This document shows, in pieces, positions 27,436 through 37,798 of a stretch of DNA of 64,000 nt. The position numbers and the translations under genes are program-made. The DNA comes from a virus, in the IMG/VR virus record IMGVR_UViG_3300032053_000041, positions 12,229 through 76,228 of that record. One strand, written 5' to 3'. The notes under the pieces are model-generated. The model saw only the letters and a list, made by a program, of their open reading frames with translations. It ran no database searches and was not told the origin of the DNA. Within the stretch, counting starts at the first letter, position 1, and each line of letters opens with the position of its first letter.

Positions 27436-28673
27436 TGTACTACGAACCGAACGCTCCCATCGACCGCCTCCGCTGGGTGGCGAAGACGTACGAGCACATG
27501 CCGGTCGTGACGTACGAGACGATCCGGGTCGCGCTGAACACGCTCGGGCTCGATCACCTCTACATGGAGAACGCACTGTTCGACGGAACCGGAGATGGGA
27601 CGTGGGGGGCCGCGAGCGGACACTACGAGAGTATGTCGAGGGCGCACTTCGGGTTCGCGCGTGGCGGGCGGGGCGCTCTTACTGCGCAGCGGGTCTCGGA
27701 ACTTCTCACGATGCTGGAGCCGGAGCTTCCGTCCGACACGGAGTACGACTTCCTCTTCCCTTGGGTCGCCGCGCAGCTAGGACCGATCGCGAAGCGGACG
27801 CAGCGCGCCTGGAAACAGGAGCAGGAGGGTCGCATCACGCATGCTCACGTGATGCACTGGTACGACGAAGCCCCGCTCTTCATCGACATGTCCGACGCTC
27901 TTCGACAGCGCGGCGCCGCCATCGCTCAGTGGGCTCTCGCGAATCGCATCGATCTCGGTAGGGTGACGGCCGCCGAGGCGATCGGGGCCGCGAAGAACTT
28001 CAAGGTCGTCGTCCGTGTCCCGCAGGGCCCCGTCGTCTTCGACTTCGGCGATGGGTGGACTGTGCAGGAGCTTCCGCCGGAAGCGCTCGAAGCCGAGGGC
28101 AAGGTGATGCAGCACTGCGTCGGCACGTACTGCGAGCAGGTGCGCGCGGGCGAGACCGTGATCTACAGCCTTCGTGATCCGCAGGGGCAGCCGCATGTGA
28201 CCATGGAGGTGGCTCCCGATGTGCCGGGCCTGGCCGAGTCGATGTCTCAATTCGGGTATCCCACAGGGAGATTCCAGCAGATTTACGGCAAGCAGAACGA
28301 GCCACCGAAGGACGAGTACGCCGCGAGGGTACGTGCGTTCATTCGGGACAAGTTCAACGGGGAGCTTGGGGCGATGCTTATGACGGGTGCAGACCCGAAG
28401 AGTTTGGATCTGCGAGGCGCGAACCTGACCGGCGCGGACCTGTTCCGCGCGAACCTGAACGGCGCGGACCTGACCGGCGCGGACCTGAGCGACGCGAATT
28501 TGAGCGACGCGAATCTGAGGTACGCGAACCTGACCGGCGCGAACCTGACCGGCGCGAACCTGTTCCACGCGGCCCTGACCGCCGCGAACCTGACCGGCGC
28601 GGATCTGACCGGCGCGAACCTGTTCCGCGCGGACCTGACCGGCGCGCGTACAGAAGGGACGACCGGCCTGTGA
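27432..28673 (+). CDS. PcfJ-like domain plus pentapeptide-repeat protein
   Basis: EGKVMQHCVGTY...IYSLRD; C-terminal (ANLTG/ADLTG)n. Confidence 0.8.
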   Translation: MMYYEPNAPIDRLRWVAKTYEHMPVVTYETIRVALNTLGLDHLYMENALFDGTGDGTWGAASGHYESMSRAHFGFARGGRGALTAQRVSELLTMLEPELPSDTEYDFLFPWVAAQLGPIAKRTQRAWKQEQEGRITHAHVMHWYDEAPLFIDMSDALRQRGAAIAQWALANRIDLGRVTAAEAIGAAKNFKVVVRVPQGPVVFDFGDGWTVQELPPEALEAEGKVMQHCVGTYCEQVRAGETVIYSLRDPQGQPHVTMEVAPDVPGLAESMSQFGYPTGRFQQIYGKQNEPPKDEYAARVRAFIRDKFNGELGAMLMTGADPKSLDLRGANLTGADLFRANLNGADLTGADLSDANLSDANLRYANLTGANLTGANLFHAALTAANLTGADLTGANLFRADLTGARTEGTTGL

Positions 28674-28849
28674 CCTACGAGTACGAGTGCACCGCCTGCA
28701 AGCACACGTGGGAGGCCGAGCAGAAGATCACGGCGAAGCCGCTGCGCGTGTGCCCGCTCTGCGGGAAGAGCGCGGCGAAGCGTCTGATCTCCGGCAAGGG
28801 AGCGTTCGTGTTGAACGGCGAAGGCTGGTTCAAGAGCGGCGGATATTAG
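28670..28849 (+). CDS. FmdB-family zinc-ribbon protein
   Basis: translated by hand: MTYEYECTACKH...CPLCG...RLIS...F.L.G.GW. Confidence 0.75.
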   Translation: MTYEYECTACKHTWEAEQKITAKPLRVCPLCGKSAAKRLISGKGAFVLNGEGWFKSGGY

Positions 28850-28853
28850 TACT

Positions 28854-29288
28854 ATGCTGAAAGCGATCATCATGCGCGGGCTTCCCGGATGCGGGAAGAG
28901 CACGCTGGCCGCGGACCTGGCGCGTGAGGAACCGTTGGAGGTCTTCTCGACCGACGACTACTTCGGCGACCCGTACACATTCGACCCGAGCAAGATCGGT
29001 GAGGCACATTCCTGGAACCTGCGTCGCTGGATCGAGGCGGCGCAGCGAGGCGTGAGCAACATCGCGTGCGCGAACACGAACATCCACGTCTCAGAGATCG
29101 CTCCGTACTGGGCGACGGCAGCGGCCTACGGCTACGAGCCGGTGATCATGCAGCTGGACTGTGACCCAGAGGTCTCCATCGCGCGGAACGTCCACAACGT
29201 ACCGGAGCACGTCATTCGGAGCATGTACGCGAAGATGCCACAGGAGGAGAAGTCCCTGCCGCCCTGGTGGACCCTGGAGCATGTATGA
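28854..29288 (+). CDS. AAA_33/polynucleotide-kinase-like P-loop protein
   Basis: GLPGCGKST, STDDYF, NTN, RNVHNVP. Confidence 0.8.
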   Translation: MLKAIIMRGLPGCGKSTLAADLAREEPLEVFSTDDYFGDPYTFDPSKIGEAHSWNLRRWIEAAQRGVSNIACANTNIHVSEIAPYWATAAAYGYEPVIMQLDCDPEVSIARNVHNVPEHVIRSMYAKMPQEEKSLPPWWTLEHV

Positions 29289-29548
29289 CCGACGACGTGA
29301 AAGCGTGGCTCGCCGAAGCCGCCCCTGACGCCCTCCTCGCCGACGGCTTCGAGGACGCGATCCTCGGCATCGTCGAGCGCGTGGGGCAGCCAGCGATCGT
29401 GATCTACGACCGCGAGAAGTGCATCGAGATCCTCATGGCCGACGGCACAGACCGGGACGAGGCCGAAGAATATTTTGAATTTAACACCAGTGGCGCGTGG
29501 GTCGGGAACGCGACCCCAGGCTTCCTTGTGCGGCTGCCGGGGGCGTAA
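29285..29548 (+). CDS. hypothetical phage protein
   Basis: ADGFEDAILG...EYFEFN..GAWVG. Confidence 0.6.
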   Translation: MTDDVKAWLAEAAPDALLADGFEDAILGIVERVGQPAIVIYDREKCIEILMADGTDRDEAEEYFEFNTSGAWVGNATPGFLVRLPGA

Positions 29549-30069
29549 TGACCCGCGGCGTTCGTATCCCGCTGACCCAGGGCCTCTACGCGCTGGTCGA
29601 CGCCGTGGACGCGCCGATGGTCCGCGAGTTCACCTGGCATGTGAAGACGAAGTCGTCGCAACCGGACAAGGTCTACGCGCAGACCACGTTCCGCACGCGC
29701 GACGGCGAGAAGCGATCCATCGTGCTACATCGACTGATCGCCGATGTCGCCCCCGGCAAGCTCGTGGATCATGTGTCCGGCGACACGCTTGACTGCCGAC
29801 GGAAGAACCTTCGCATCACGTCTGCGCGAGGGAACGCCACGAACATCACGCACTCTGCGAACCAGCGTCGCGGAGGCTACAAGGGCGTGAGTTACAACAA
29901 GAACGCCGGCAAGTGGGAGGCACATATCGCCGCTGGTGCCGTGAGGGAGAGCGGACGGAAGAGCAAGATCCACCTGGGCCTGTTCGACGACCCGAAGAAG
30001 GCCGCCAAGGCATATGACGCGGCTGCGCGGGAGTGCTACGGGGAGTTCGCGTCGCTCAACTTCCCGTGA
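29548..30069 (+). CDS. HNH-AP2 homing endonuclease
   Basis: VDH..GDTLDCRRKNLR; YKGV...W.A.I...HLGLF...AAKAYD. Confidence 0.85.
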   Translation: MTRGVRIPLTQGLYALVDAVDAPMVREFTWHVKTKSSQPDKVYAQTTFRTRDGEKRSIVLHRLIADVAPGKLVDHVSGDTLDCRRKNLRITSARGNATNITHSANQRRGGYKGVSYNKNAGKWEAHIAAGAVRESGRKSKIHLGLFDDPKKAAKAYDAAARECYGEFASLNFP

Positions 30070-30674
30070 GCGGCGAGCAGCTTGGTCGCGCTCTCGTGGA
30101 ACAGAGCCGTGACCGCGTACACGCTGCCCATGCGGATCTTGCTCTGGAGGATCTCCAGCACCTCTGGGTCGGTCGTGAGCCTCCTCCCTGCGTTCCAGCC
30201 GCCATCCCAGGAGTGCTGCCCCGTGTTCGGCATGAACGCAGCGCGCTCGGTCATCAGCATCGTGAGGTCGGCCTGCTTGATGATCTTCTTCTGCCCGTAC
30301 GTCAGAGGCGGCAGTCCGCACGCTGCCAGGATTGTTTCATGCACGGACCGCTCGATGCTGTCGAACCACGTGCGACCGTCGCCTTCGGACTCGCGCATCG
30401 CCCACTTCATCGGCGCTGACACGTCCCCCACGTACGCCTCTGCGGCGTCGTGCAGCAGCGCGTGGGCGAGCAGCAGCTTGTCGTCCGGGTACTCGCGCTC
30501 CACGAGCCGAAGCACATGCAGAGAATGTTCCCCGACCGAGTAGCACTCCGACGTGTGTCCCGTGAACCGGTTGATCCGCGCGAGGGCGTGAGCGATGTCC
30601 GCCAGGTCTACCTGATCGGACTTCGGTTCGAGCAGATCGAAGCGCTTGCCGCTGAAGGTCTCGATCCAGGTCAT
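30036..30674 (-). CDS. HD-domain phosphohydrolase (YfbR-like)
   Basis: RFTGH..YSVGEHS, LLHDAAEAY.GD. Confidence 0.85.
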   Translation of the reverse strand: MTWIETFSGKRFDLLEPKSDQVDLADIAHALARINRFTGHTSECYSVGEHSLHVLRLVEREYPDDKLLLAHALLHDAAEAYVGDVSAPMKWAMRESEGDGRTWFDSIERSVHETILAACGLPPLTYGQKKIIKQADLTMLMTERAAFMPNTGQHSWDGGWNAGRRLTTDPEVLEILQSKIRMGSVYAVTALFHESATKLLAAHGKLSDANSP

Positions 30675-30846
30675 GTGTCGGCTCCCTGGTAGACGAGCGC
30701 GAGCACGGTCGCGCCAGCCGCCGCCGCTCGCTCCTTGGCCTCCGCGTCGGCCTGGTCCGGCGTGTGCGCCGCGAGAGGCACGTCGAACGACGCCGTTTCG
30801 CCCTGTTTGAGCAGCCGTGCCGCCCAGTCCTGATGCTCCAGTTTCT

Positions 30847-31110
30847 TCATGTGCTCTCCTGCTGCGTGATGCAGCGCTGCTGGATGTCGGTACACAAGGC
30901 CCACATTTCTTCTTCCGAGGTGACTTTGTCGCTGCGGGTCAGCACTGCGAACACAAACTTGGACACTTCGTCGTCCACAATCTCGTGAACGGCACGCGCC
31001 GAGAGTCGCGGAAACTGAATCCGCGCGAGTCGCCTAATTTCGGACACAGAGGGAGCGAGCAGTGTGCGCGCCTTGGTGATCCATTCTTTCTCGTCAGGCT
31101 GATTCAACAT
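30847..31110 (-). CDS. hypothetical protein
   Basis: ORF in minus-strand operon; start uncertain. Confidence 0.4.
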   Translation of the reverse strand: MLNQPDEKEWITKARTLLAPSVSEIRRLARIQFPRLSARAVHEIVDDEVSKFVFAVLTRSDKVTSEEEMWALCTDIQQRCITQQEST

Positions 31111-31314
31111 GTGTCTCGGCCCCTTCCTACTTGTTGTGGTTAGACGCGCCACTGGCAAACTCCTTCACTGCTCGCCAGAACGCGATCGTGTCCGGGTCCG
31201 TGCAGGTGGCTAGCAGGTGCTCGACCGTTGCCGCGAACTCGCCAGGGCTCCTGCGTAGCTGTGCCTGCATCTGCTCGGCCGTGACCTTGACCAGCAGCGT
31301 TGACTGCTTCGGTG

Positions 31315-32109
31315 TCATGTGTCCACGTACCCCGGAGGCAGGCACAGGACCGTCTCGGCGCTGCTAAGCGCCATCAGGGCGACGACATCCAGCGGCTCGC
31401 TCGGGTGTCCGCTGTGGCGCGCATGCCGCAGCGAGTAGCCGGAGCTAACCAGGGCCTCATACATTCCCCGGTGCCCGTCGCTCCTGGCATGTTCCAGGAA
31501 CATGATGGGGTGGAGTTTGAGAAGCTCGGTGGCCCCAGCGAGCACCTGTGGCTCGAAGCCCTCGACATCGATCTTGATGATGATCGCGCCAGGGGCGTCG
31601 ATGAGCGACCATGAGGACTTCCCCCGGAAGACGACGTCGTCGAGCCGAACGACTTTGCAGGCGTCGTCGCAGACCGCTGGTGCCTGCCAACGCAGCGGCA
31701 CGACATGTGCGCCACCCATCTCCTCCGGATTCACGACAAGCTCCATCGTGCCCTCCTCTGCCCCGCACGCCGCCTCCGTCAGCGTCACCCAGTCCTTGTA
31801 GCCGTTGACCATAATGGTCTTGCGCAGGAGCGCCGCCATCCTCGGATTCGGCTCGAACGAGAACACATGCCCTGCGCCGAGCCCGCAGGCCAGGAGCGTG
31901 TACCAGCCGACGTTTGCGCCGACGTCGATGAACGTGCAGCCCTTGTGCTTCTGCAGGAATGTAGCCATGCAGTTCGTGACCCAGGGCTCCCAGTCGCCTT
32001 CCAGCATGATGTGCGGCGCGAGAGACACGTCCCGCGTGTCCACGTAAATCTTCGCCCCCCACTTCGTCGTGGCCAGGGCGGTGTAGTCCCCGCAGTAGAT
32101 GGCGGTCAC
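31315..32109 (-). CDS. FkbM-family SAM methyltransferase
   Basis: DVGANVG, FEPNP, IKIDVEGFE. Confidence 0.85.
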   Translation of the reverse strand: MTAIYCGDYTALATTKWGAKIYVDTRDVSLAPHIMLEGDWEPWVTNCMATFLQKHKGCTFIDVGANVGWYTLLACGLGAGHVFSFEPNPRMAALLRKTIMVNGYKDWVTLTEAACGAEEGTMELVVNPEEMGGAHVVPLRWQAPAVCDDACKVVRLDDVVFRGKSSWSLIDAPGAIIIKIDVEGFEPQVLAGATELLKLHPIMFLEHARSDGHRGMYEALVSSGYSLRHARHSGHPSEPLDVVALMALSSAETVLCLPPGYVDT

Positions 32110-32492
32110 GATCGAGCCTTCCGCTTGGGAGCCACGCGCTTCTTCGAGTCGCGCCGCGGCTTCGACGCGGTGGCCGGCGGATACGTCCACTCCTTGATGA
32201 TTGCCTCGGTCGCTATGATCAAGCTCTCGTTCGGGATGGCTGCGGCCAGCGAATGCGCCAAGCCGATGTCCGTGATGTTCTTCCCATCCGGTTCTGGTCG
32301 GTTTGCCAGTACCAGTTCGATGCCGCGCGCCGCCGCCAGCAAAGCCGCAAGCGTTGAGGCTGGCGCTGTCGTGGCGCTCCCAGCCGCACGCAGCACGTTT
32401 ACAAACGTGTCGAATGTCGTCTCGTGATCAGCGAAGCCCGGCACGCAGAGCTTCGGTGTCCTCTTCTTCGCAGCCTTCTTCTTGGTCGCCAT
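32106..32492 (-). CDS. hypothetical protein
   Basis: MATKKK start with RBS. Confidence 0.5.
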   Translation of the reverse strand: MATKKKAAKKRTPKLCVPGFADHETTFDTFVNVLRAAGSATTAPASTLAALLAAARGIELVLANRPEPDGKNITDIGLAHSLAAAIPNESLIIATEAIIKEWTYPPATASKPRRDSKKRVAPKRKARS

Positions 32493-32494
32493 GC

Positions 32495-32842
32495 TCACTT
32501 CCTTTCCAGCGTCTTCCGGCGCTTCAGTTCTCGATCCGCGCAGCAGCGCACGCAGAGCCCGAGCTTGTCCGCGCACTCGTTGCACAGGCGCGGGACGCCC
32601 GTGTTCGCGTGGCAGTCCTCCTTGCCGCACGACCAGCAGTTCCAGTCGGTGAACGCCTGCCCGGCAAAGCTGCTCCGGTAGAAGCACCAGCGGCACTCAC
32701 GGTCCTTCTGGCGCGCCTCGCGCCGCGAGTCTGTGCGGCACTCCTCGGTGCGACGCTCCGTTTCCGCGATGTACGCGAGATGCCGCTCCGTGGTGCTCTG
32801 TACCATGTACAGGTCGAGCGGTTTTGGTGGTGACGCCTTCAT
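32495..32842 (-). CDS. Cys-rich Zn-finger protein
   Basis: four CxxC. Confidence 0.6.
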   Translation of the reverse strand: MKASPPKPLDLYMVQSTTERHLAYIAETERRTEECRTDSRREARQKDRECRWCFYRSSFAGQAFTDWNCWSCGKEDCHANTGVPRLCNECADKLGLCVRCCADRELKRRKTLERK

Positions 32843-33222
32843 CCGGTCCTCCTCTTTCCTTGTTGTGGCTTCTGTGCCTCGTACATCTCGTCGAACGAAT
32901 CGAACACCGGCGCGTCCATGTCGAGCTTGCGCGGGTCGTACATGCCCAGGCGCTCCGCGATGCGCGTCATCTGTGACGAGCGCCCGAGCTTCTCCAGCAG
33001 GATGAGCGCCCCCGCGCAGTGGATCTCTCCGCCGTGCGGAATGTACGGGGCCCCATTGAACTCGTCCTCGTCGTCATGTGACGTGGTCTTGTGACAGGGG
33101 AACTCGGAGCGCACGAGCGAGCACTCGATCTCGCGGATACGTGCCGGCACGAGATACGGCTTGATGTCGCTCCTGAACGGGCAGTTCACGCACGGCGTCG
33201 TGAGCGAGTACGGTCCTTTCAC
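32839..33222 (-). CDS. Cys-cluster phage protein
   Basis: PCxxCPFR, FPCH, CAGA. Confidence 0.6.
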   Translation of the reverse strand: MKGPYSLTTPCVNCPFRSDIKPYLVPARIREIECSLVRSEFPCHKTTSHDDEDEFNGAPYIPHGGEIHCAGALILLEKLGRSSQMTRIAERLGMYDPRKLDMDAPVFDSFDEMYEAQKPQQGKRRTG

Positions 33223-33880
33223 GTGACGCTCCGCGTGACGTCGAAGACGTGGAACACGAGCGTGTAGACGAGCGTCGGGTGGTCGTGGATCTCACTGTTG
33301 TACGGGTCGGCCCCGATGATGACGGGTTCGCCCGGTGTCTTGCAGTAGACGTTGGAGCACTTGCTGTTGAGCCACTCGTCCTTCGTGAAGGTGCGCTCGC
33401 TCCTGTTGCCACTGCGCTTGAACACTGCCTTCGGCATGTGGCTACTCCGGGAACCACTCACACCGTAGTGCGCCGCGCCTGCGCAGTGCCTCGATCACGC
33501 CCTCGTCGCCGTCCGCTTCGAGCAGCGCTTCCGCGCGAGCCACCTTGGCGTCCATGCGCTCCATCGCAGCGAGGATGGCGCTCTCGGTGAGCAGCACTCG
33601 TGCGTCCCCCGGCTCGGGCATTGGCCCGTCGTCGCTCTCGTACACGAGCTTCATCGCGTCCTCCTTCCGTTCTCCCATGTCAGACACCGCCGACATGCCC
33701 GCGCGGTCGCAGGCAACGCGCGCTGAACCTGCCCCGAGAGCATCCCGCGCATGCCACATACGGGTCGCGCGTTGGCGACGAGCCCGTACGCCGGCTCTGC
33801 CATGAGCAGGTGCATCACACCCGTCTCGTCGCCGTGTCGCCCACGCGACTTGCCCGAGCACCAGCCCAGCACCTCGCGCG

Positions 33881-34378
33881 TCACGGTGCTCCTCCGTACG
33901 CCGGCAGCATCGCCGGCATGTTCCCTGTGCTGTACGCCTCGGCGATGCGAGGCGAGATCGTCTCCTGCACGGTGCGCCCGTCTGGCAGAAGTATGTCCGC
34001 CATGAACTCGCGCTCCAGCGTGGACGAGCCGTCCGCGATCAGTTCGAGCTTGGCCTTCACACAGAGCAGGAGCCCGCGCCACCGCTGGCGCTCCGTCTGC
34101 ACGACCTGTGTGCGCAACCACTTGTCCCGTTGCGAGGCGTTCCACGCGCGCCAGCCACGCGGCGGGTCCGCCTCGGACTGTGCCCGCAGCGCGGCGTACG
34201 TCGGGAAGTTCATGGACAGCTTCACCTGCCGACCCCCGAGCGCGAAGATCACGACCGCGAGCCCGCGTATCTCGTCGTTCATCAGGGCGCGCTGATGTGC
34301 CCCAGACTTCCCGAGCAGCGCGTCGAGCGCTCCCTTCGACCGCTCGACACTCACACCTGTGTTTGCTGCGTAGCGCAT
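33881..34378 (-). CDS. hypothetical phage protein
   Basis: YA..T.VS.ERS...WR.L.L.VKAKLE. Confidence 0.65.
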   Translation of the reverse strand: MRYAANTGVSVERSKGALDALLGKSGAHQRALMNDEIRGLAVVIFALGGRQVKLSMNFPTYAALRAQSEADPPRGWRAWNASQRDKWLRTQVVQTERQRWRGLLLCVKAKLELIADGSSTLEREFMADILLPDGRTVQETISPRIAEAYSTGNMPAMLPAYGGAP

Positions 34379-34389
34379 GGTTCCTCCTC

Positions 34390-34914
34390 TCACTCCAGGG
34401 TAAACGGGTTGCTGTCTCTTTGTTCTGGCGCCTTCCAGGTCTTCGCCGCCTCGGCGTCCCGATCGATCAGAGCCTTCCGCTGCCACGCATCGTCGCAGAG
34501 CGCGAGAATCACCTTGTCAGAGACGTCCTCGTAGCACTGGCTAGCCACCGTGTACAGATTCGGTGTGACGTCCTCGATCCTCTGCCCCTTCCTTCGGAGG
34601 TAGTTGATCACTTCCTTGTCGATCGCGACGGAGCGGCGGTACTCCGCCAGGTCTTCCGCCGACACATGCTTTCCACGGTCGGCGTAGTCGCCCGAGATCA
34701 CGATCGGATCTCCGGTCCACGAGCCGATGAGCGGGCTCTCGCTGCGTAGATCCCCCTCGCCTCGCCCGTTGCCGTCTGCGAGCAGGACCGCGAGGCCCAT
34801 CATGGTCCCGGCGCCAGTGACTCCGAACTCCAAGAGCTTGAGCCCGTCGCCGAACTTGCGCGCGTTGAGGTACTGTCGCTTCCTCGTGTTCACCACGAGG
34901 TAATGCTGGCCCAT
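34390..34914 (-). CDS. hypothetical phage protein
   Basis: MGQ.Y.VVN...GLKLLE...G.W.GD. Confidence 0.65.
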   Translation of the reverse strand: MGQHYLVVNTRKRQYLNARKFGDGLKLLEFGVTGAGTMMGLAVLLADGNGRGEGDLRSESPLIGSWTGDPIVISGDYADRGKHVSAEDLAEYRRSVAIDKEVINYLRRKGQRIEDVTPNLYTVASQCYEDVSDKVILALCDDAWQRKALIDRDAEAAKTWKAPEQRDSNPFTLE

Positions 34915-34918
34915 GTAC

Positions 34919-35218
34919 CTACGCCGCCTTCTGTGCGGCCGACAGGATCTCGGACAGCGAGCGCTCAGCGAACGCCTTCGCGGCGGCGAGCGTGGAGGAA
35001 TGTGTCTCGTCGTGGATCACGCCGTCGCTCCAAAGCTCGTAGTACGGCGCGGCGTTCTCCTTCGCGGGTCGATGCACGATCATCAGGAACATGTCGGCGC
35101 TCTTCGCGCCCCACACAGTCCCGGCTCCCGGTCCGCTCGGCAGCTTGCCTTCGATCCAGCGCAGCTTGCGCGGCTGCGCCTTCTTCGTCTTCGCCTTCGT
35201 TGCCTTGGTCTTCGCCAT
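34919..35218 (-). CDS. hypothetical protein
   Basis: RBS GGAGG, Lys-rich N-terminus. Confidence 0.55.
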   Translation of the reverse strand: MAKTKATKAKTKKAQPRKLRWIEGKLPSGPGAGTVWGAKSADMFLMIVHRPAKENAAPYYELWSDGVIHDETHSSTLAAAKAFAERSLSEILSAAQKAA

Positions 35219-35258
35219 GATGCTCAGTCCTCCTTCGGTTACGGGTTGAATGTGACGC

Positions 35259-36380
35259 TCAGTCGAGCGAGAAGAGCGACGCCGTGTCCACCGGCTCGCG
35301 GTCGCGGCGGCTGGTGATCTGCTCGACCGGCGGCGGCATGTGCTCGGGCGGGCTCGCTGGTACGCTCGGGCTCGCTGGTACGCATCGCCAGACGTTGCCG
35401 TGCCCCAGAGACATGCTGGTCCATGGAGCCTTGGGGCCAGCCAGTTGCCTGAAGTACACACGGGGGCCTTCTGGGCCAGCCGCCGCAGCGCCGGTCACGA
35501 GGAACACGGTCGCTGGGCCGTTGTCGTTGCCGTGCAGCGTGTCGCCGACGCGGACGGGAGTGCGCGCGGCGTCGTAGCCGAGCACGGTCCCGTCGATGCG
35601 AAGGCTTTGCAGCAGGCAGGTGGGGGCATGTAGCGACTGCCCCTCGAACATGGTGACGCCGCAGTGAAAGCACGTCTTTTTCGGGCAGGGGGCATCGTTC
35701 AGCGCTCGGAGCCCCTCCGCCAGCATGTCCGCCACGTGGCCGATGACGGGCTCGCGGGTCGCGTCGTACGGGGCATGGAACACGGGGTTGCTGTCACCGT
35801 CGCCCTGCCACATGTACCCGGCTCCGCTCGGACCGCACACGACGTACATGTCCCCCGACGACCGAACCACGTCGCCGACACGCAGGCCGCCGGGCAGGAG
35901 GAGAGACGGAGCCTGTGACGGCGAGCCAGCGGGAGCGGGCGGCGGCGCCTTGCAGAGCGCCGCCAGAGCGTCACCGATGTACTCGCCGATGTTGAGGCAG
36001 ACGTGTGCCTCCTTCACCTCGTCCATGGTGAACTTGCCGGTGGCAAACAGGAAGTCCAGCACCTCCTTGCCGCTGTAGCCCACGACATGTGACGGCAGAG
36101 CCGGAGCCCACCGCTGCATGTTCGCCCTGAGCGCCCGGAAGACGTTGGCGCGTTGCTTGTCGGTCAGCGCGGACGATCCGTTGCTGTACCCGTAGTGCCG
36201 GTCACATGACCAGTTCCCGTCCTTGATGACGAAGTGCGTGTCCTTCGGCCAGTGGGGCGCACGTATCCAGCCTCGCCGCCGGGTCTGCAGCCGGGTCGGC
36301 AGCGGACTGTTCACGTCGGCTGTGAGCACGTACTCACCGTCGGAGCGGGAACGGGCCTTGTCGAATATCTCGCTAGACAT
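35259..36380 (-). CDS. hypothetical multidomain protein
   Basis: RBS GGAGG; repeated 'RVGD' SH3-like starts. Confidence 0.6.
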   Translation of the reverse strand: MSSEIFDKARSRSDGEYVLTADVNSPLPTRLQTRRRGWIRAPHWPKDTHFVIKDGNWSCDRHYGYSNGSSALTDKQRANVFRALRANMQRWAPALPSHVVGYSGKEVLDFLFATGKFTMDEVKEAHVCLNIGEYIGDALAALCKAPPPAPAGSPSQAPSLLLPGGLRVGDVVRSSGDMYVVCGPSGAGYMWQGDGDSNPVFHAPYDATREPVIGHVADMLAEGLRALNDAPCPKKTCFHCGVTMFEGQSLHAPTCLLQSLRIDGTVLGYDAARTPVRVGDTLHGNDNGPATVFLVTGAAAAGPEGPRVYFRQLAGPKAPWTSMSLGHGNVWRCVPASPSVPASPPEHMPPPVEQITSRRDREPVDTASLFSLD

Positions 36381-36398
36381 GTGTCCTCCGTGGATGGG

Positions 36399-36809
36399 TT
36401 AGAGCGTGAACAGGTCGGACGGGTTGCGCTCGCCTGACTCGGGCGCCGCGTCGTCCTCGTCGGCGTCGAGGGAGAACTTCGCTGCAGCCTGCTCGGGCGT
36501 CTCAGCGAGTCGATCTTCCTCGGTGATCGTCGTCACACGCCGGTCGCGCACCTCTTTGATCGCGAGGGACAGGCGCTCGTCGTCGAGCTTGATCATGGTG
36601 CCGCGCGCTGCGGCACGTGCCTCGTACACTTGCAGCTTGCTCGTCTGGTCGAACAGGGCTCGCAGGGCGTCACGCACGCCTTCCTGCGTCAAGTCCGCCC
36701 TGGCGAGTCCGCCGGACTGTGCGATTGCGGCCACGAGCGCCTTGGCGCACTCCATCACGTTGAGCACGTGCATGGCTTGGATCTGGTCGTCTCTTCCGAA
36801 TGGGGGCAT
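36399..36809 (-). CDS. hypothetical helical protein
   Basis: directly downstream of 21-bp motif. Confidence 0.55.
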   Translation of the reverse strand: MPPFGRDDQIQAMHVLNVMECAKALVAAIAQSGGLARADLTQEGVRDALRALFDQTSKLQVYEARAAARGTMIKLDDERLSLAIKEVRDRRVTTITEEDRLAETPEQAAAKFSLDADEDDAAPESGERNPSDLFTL

Positions 36810-36832
36810 CGGTGTCTCTCTTTCTCCTGCCG

Positions 36833-36853
36833 TACTTGGCCAGGAACAGGGGT
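36833..36853 (-). promoter_or_regulatory. 21-bp phage promoter-like motif
   Basis: ACCCCTGTTCCTGGCCAAGTA. Confidence 0.65.
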
Positions 36854-36855
36854 GG

Positions 36856-37278
36856 TCAGAGCCAGTCGAGTTTGTCGAAGACGGAGGGACCGACCGCCGC
36901 TGGCGTGGGCCGCCCAGCCGCGCCCATGCGGGCCTGGCGGTACGCCTCCTGATCGCACGTCGCGACATATCCATGCGGCACGGACGAACGAGCAGGCGTG
37001 ATCAGGACGGCGTTGTTCTGCGAAATGCTCCAATTCCCGTCGGAAGACAGAATATACGTGCCGGGATCGTCGTTGAGGTCGTCTGCGCCGACGATGCGTA
37101 TATCGTCCGCGCGCATCACAAAGCCGGTGATTTTGTCCATGAGCCAGTCGCCTTGGTAGAGCGTGGCTCCGTTGCAGTCCCGCACGTAGACGCTGACCCC
37201 GTCGCAGTCCCGCGTCATCAGCAGCGTGCGCTGCGGAGGCGCGGTGGGGCTGTTGCTGTCCGTCTCCCAGTTCGGCAT
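36856..37278 (-). CDS. paralog of the C-domain of the SWIM protein
   Basis: YQGDWL...TGFVMRA; ends GPSV...LDWL like 37286 ORF. Confidence 0.6.
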   Translation of the reverse strand: MPNWETDSNSPTAPPQRTLLMTRDCDGVSVYVRDCNGATLYQGDWLMDKITGFVMRADDIRIVGADDLNDDPGTYILSSDGNWSISQNNAVLITPARSSVPHGYVATCDQEAYRQARMGAAGRPTPAAVGPSVFDKLDWL

Positions 37279-37285
37279 GTGCCTC

Positions 37286-37798
37286 CTAGAGCCAGTCGAG
37301 GTTGGTGAGCACTGACGGGCCGTCAAGCGGCGCCGTCGGCATGTGTACGGGCCTTCCGAGCATGGCATGGCGGTACGTCTCCCTGTCGCATCGAGCGATC
37401 TTCGCGTCCGGGTGTTCCGGCTCCCCTGCGGGGATGAATAGCAGCGCTCGCGCGGCCGGGATGTTCCACATGCGGTCAATGGCCTGGAAATCGTGCCCTC
37501 CGTCCATGTACGCGGCGCGCATTACGAAGCCGGTGTTGATGTCGCGGAGCCAGTCGCCCTGGTAGATGTCGGTGCGATTGACGCCGACCCCGAGATAGAC
37601 GCCCGCGGCCGGGCTCGAACGCACCACCACACGTCGCTTGGCCGTCGCTAGGTAGCGTTCCAGGTGCTTGCACGACTTCGGTGACGCCTTGCTGAACTTC
37701 CAGCCGGTGCAATCACAGTACGGCGTGCCGTCACGAGCTTCGATGATGCGATGCTCGCTGCCGTTCGAGCCGGGGACCGTCGCTAGAACCGTGGTCAC
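37286..37798 (-). CDS. SWIM zinc-finger protein
   Basis: CDC...CKH. Confidence 0.7.
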   Translation of the reverse strand: MTTVLATVPGSNGSEHRIIEARDGTPYCDCTGWKFSKASPKSCKHLERYLATAKRRVVVRSSPAAGVYLGVGVNRTDIYQGDWLRDINTGFVMRAAYMDGGHDFQAIDRMWNIPAARALLFIPAGEPEHPDAKIARCDRETYRHAMLGRPVHMPTAPLDGPSVLTNLDWL

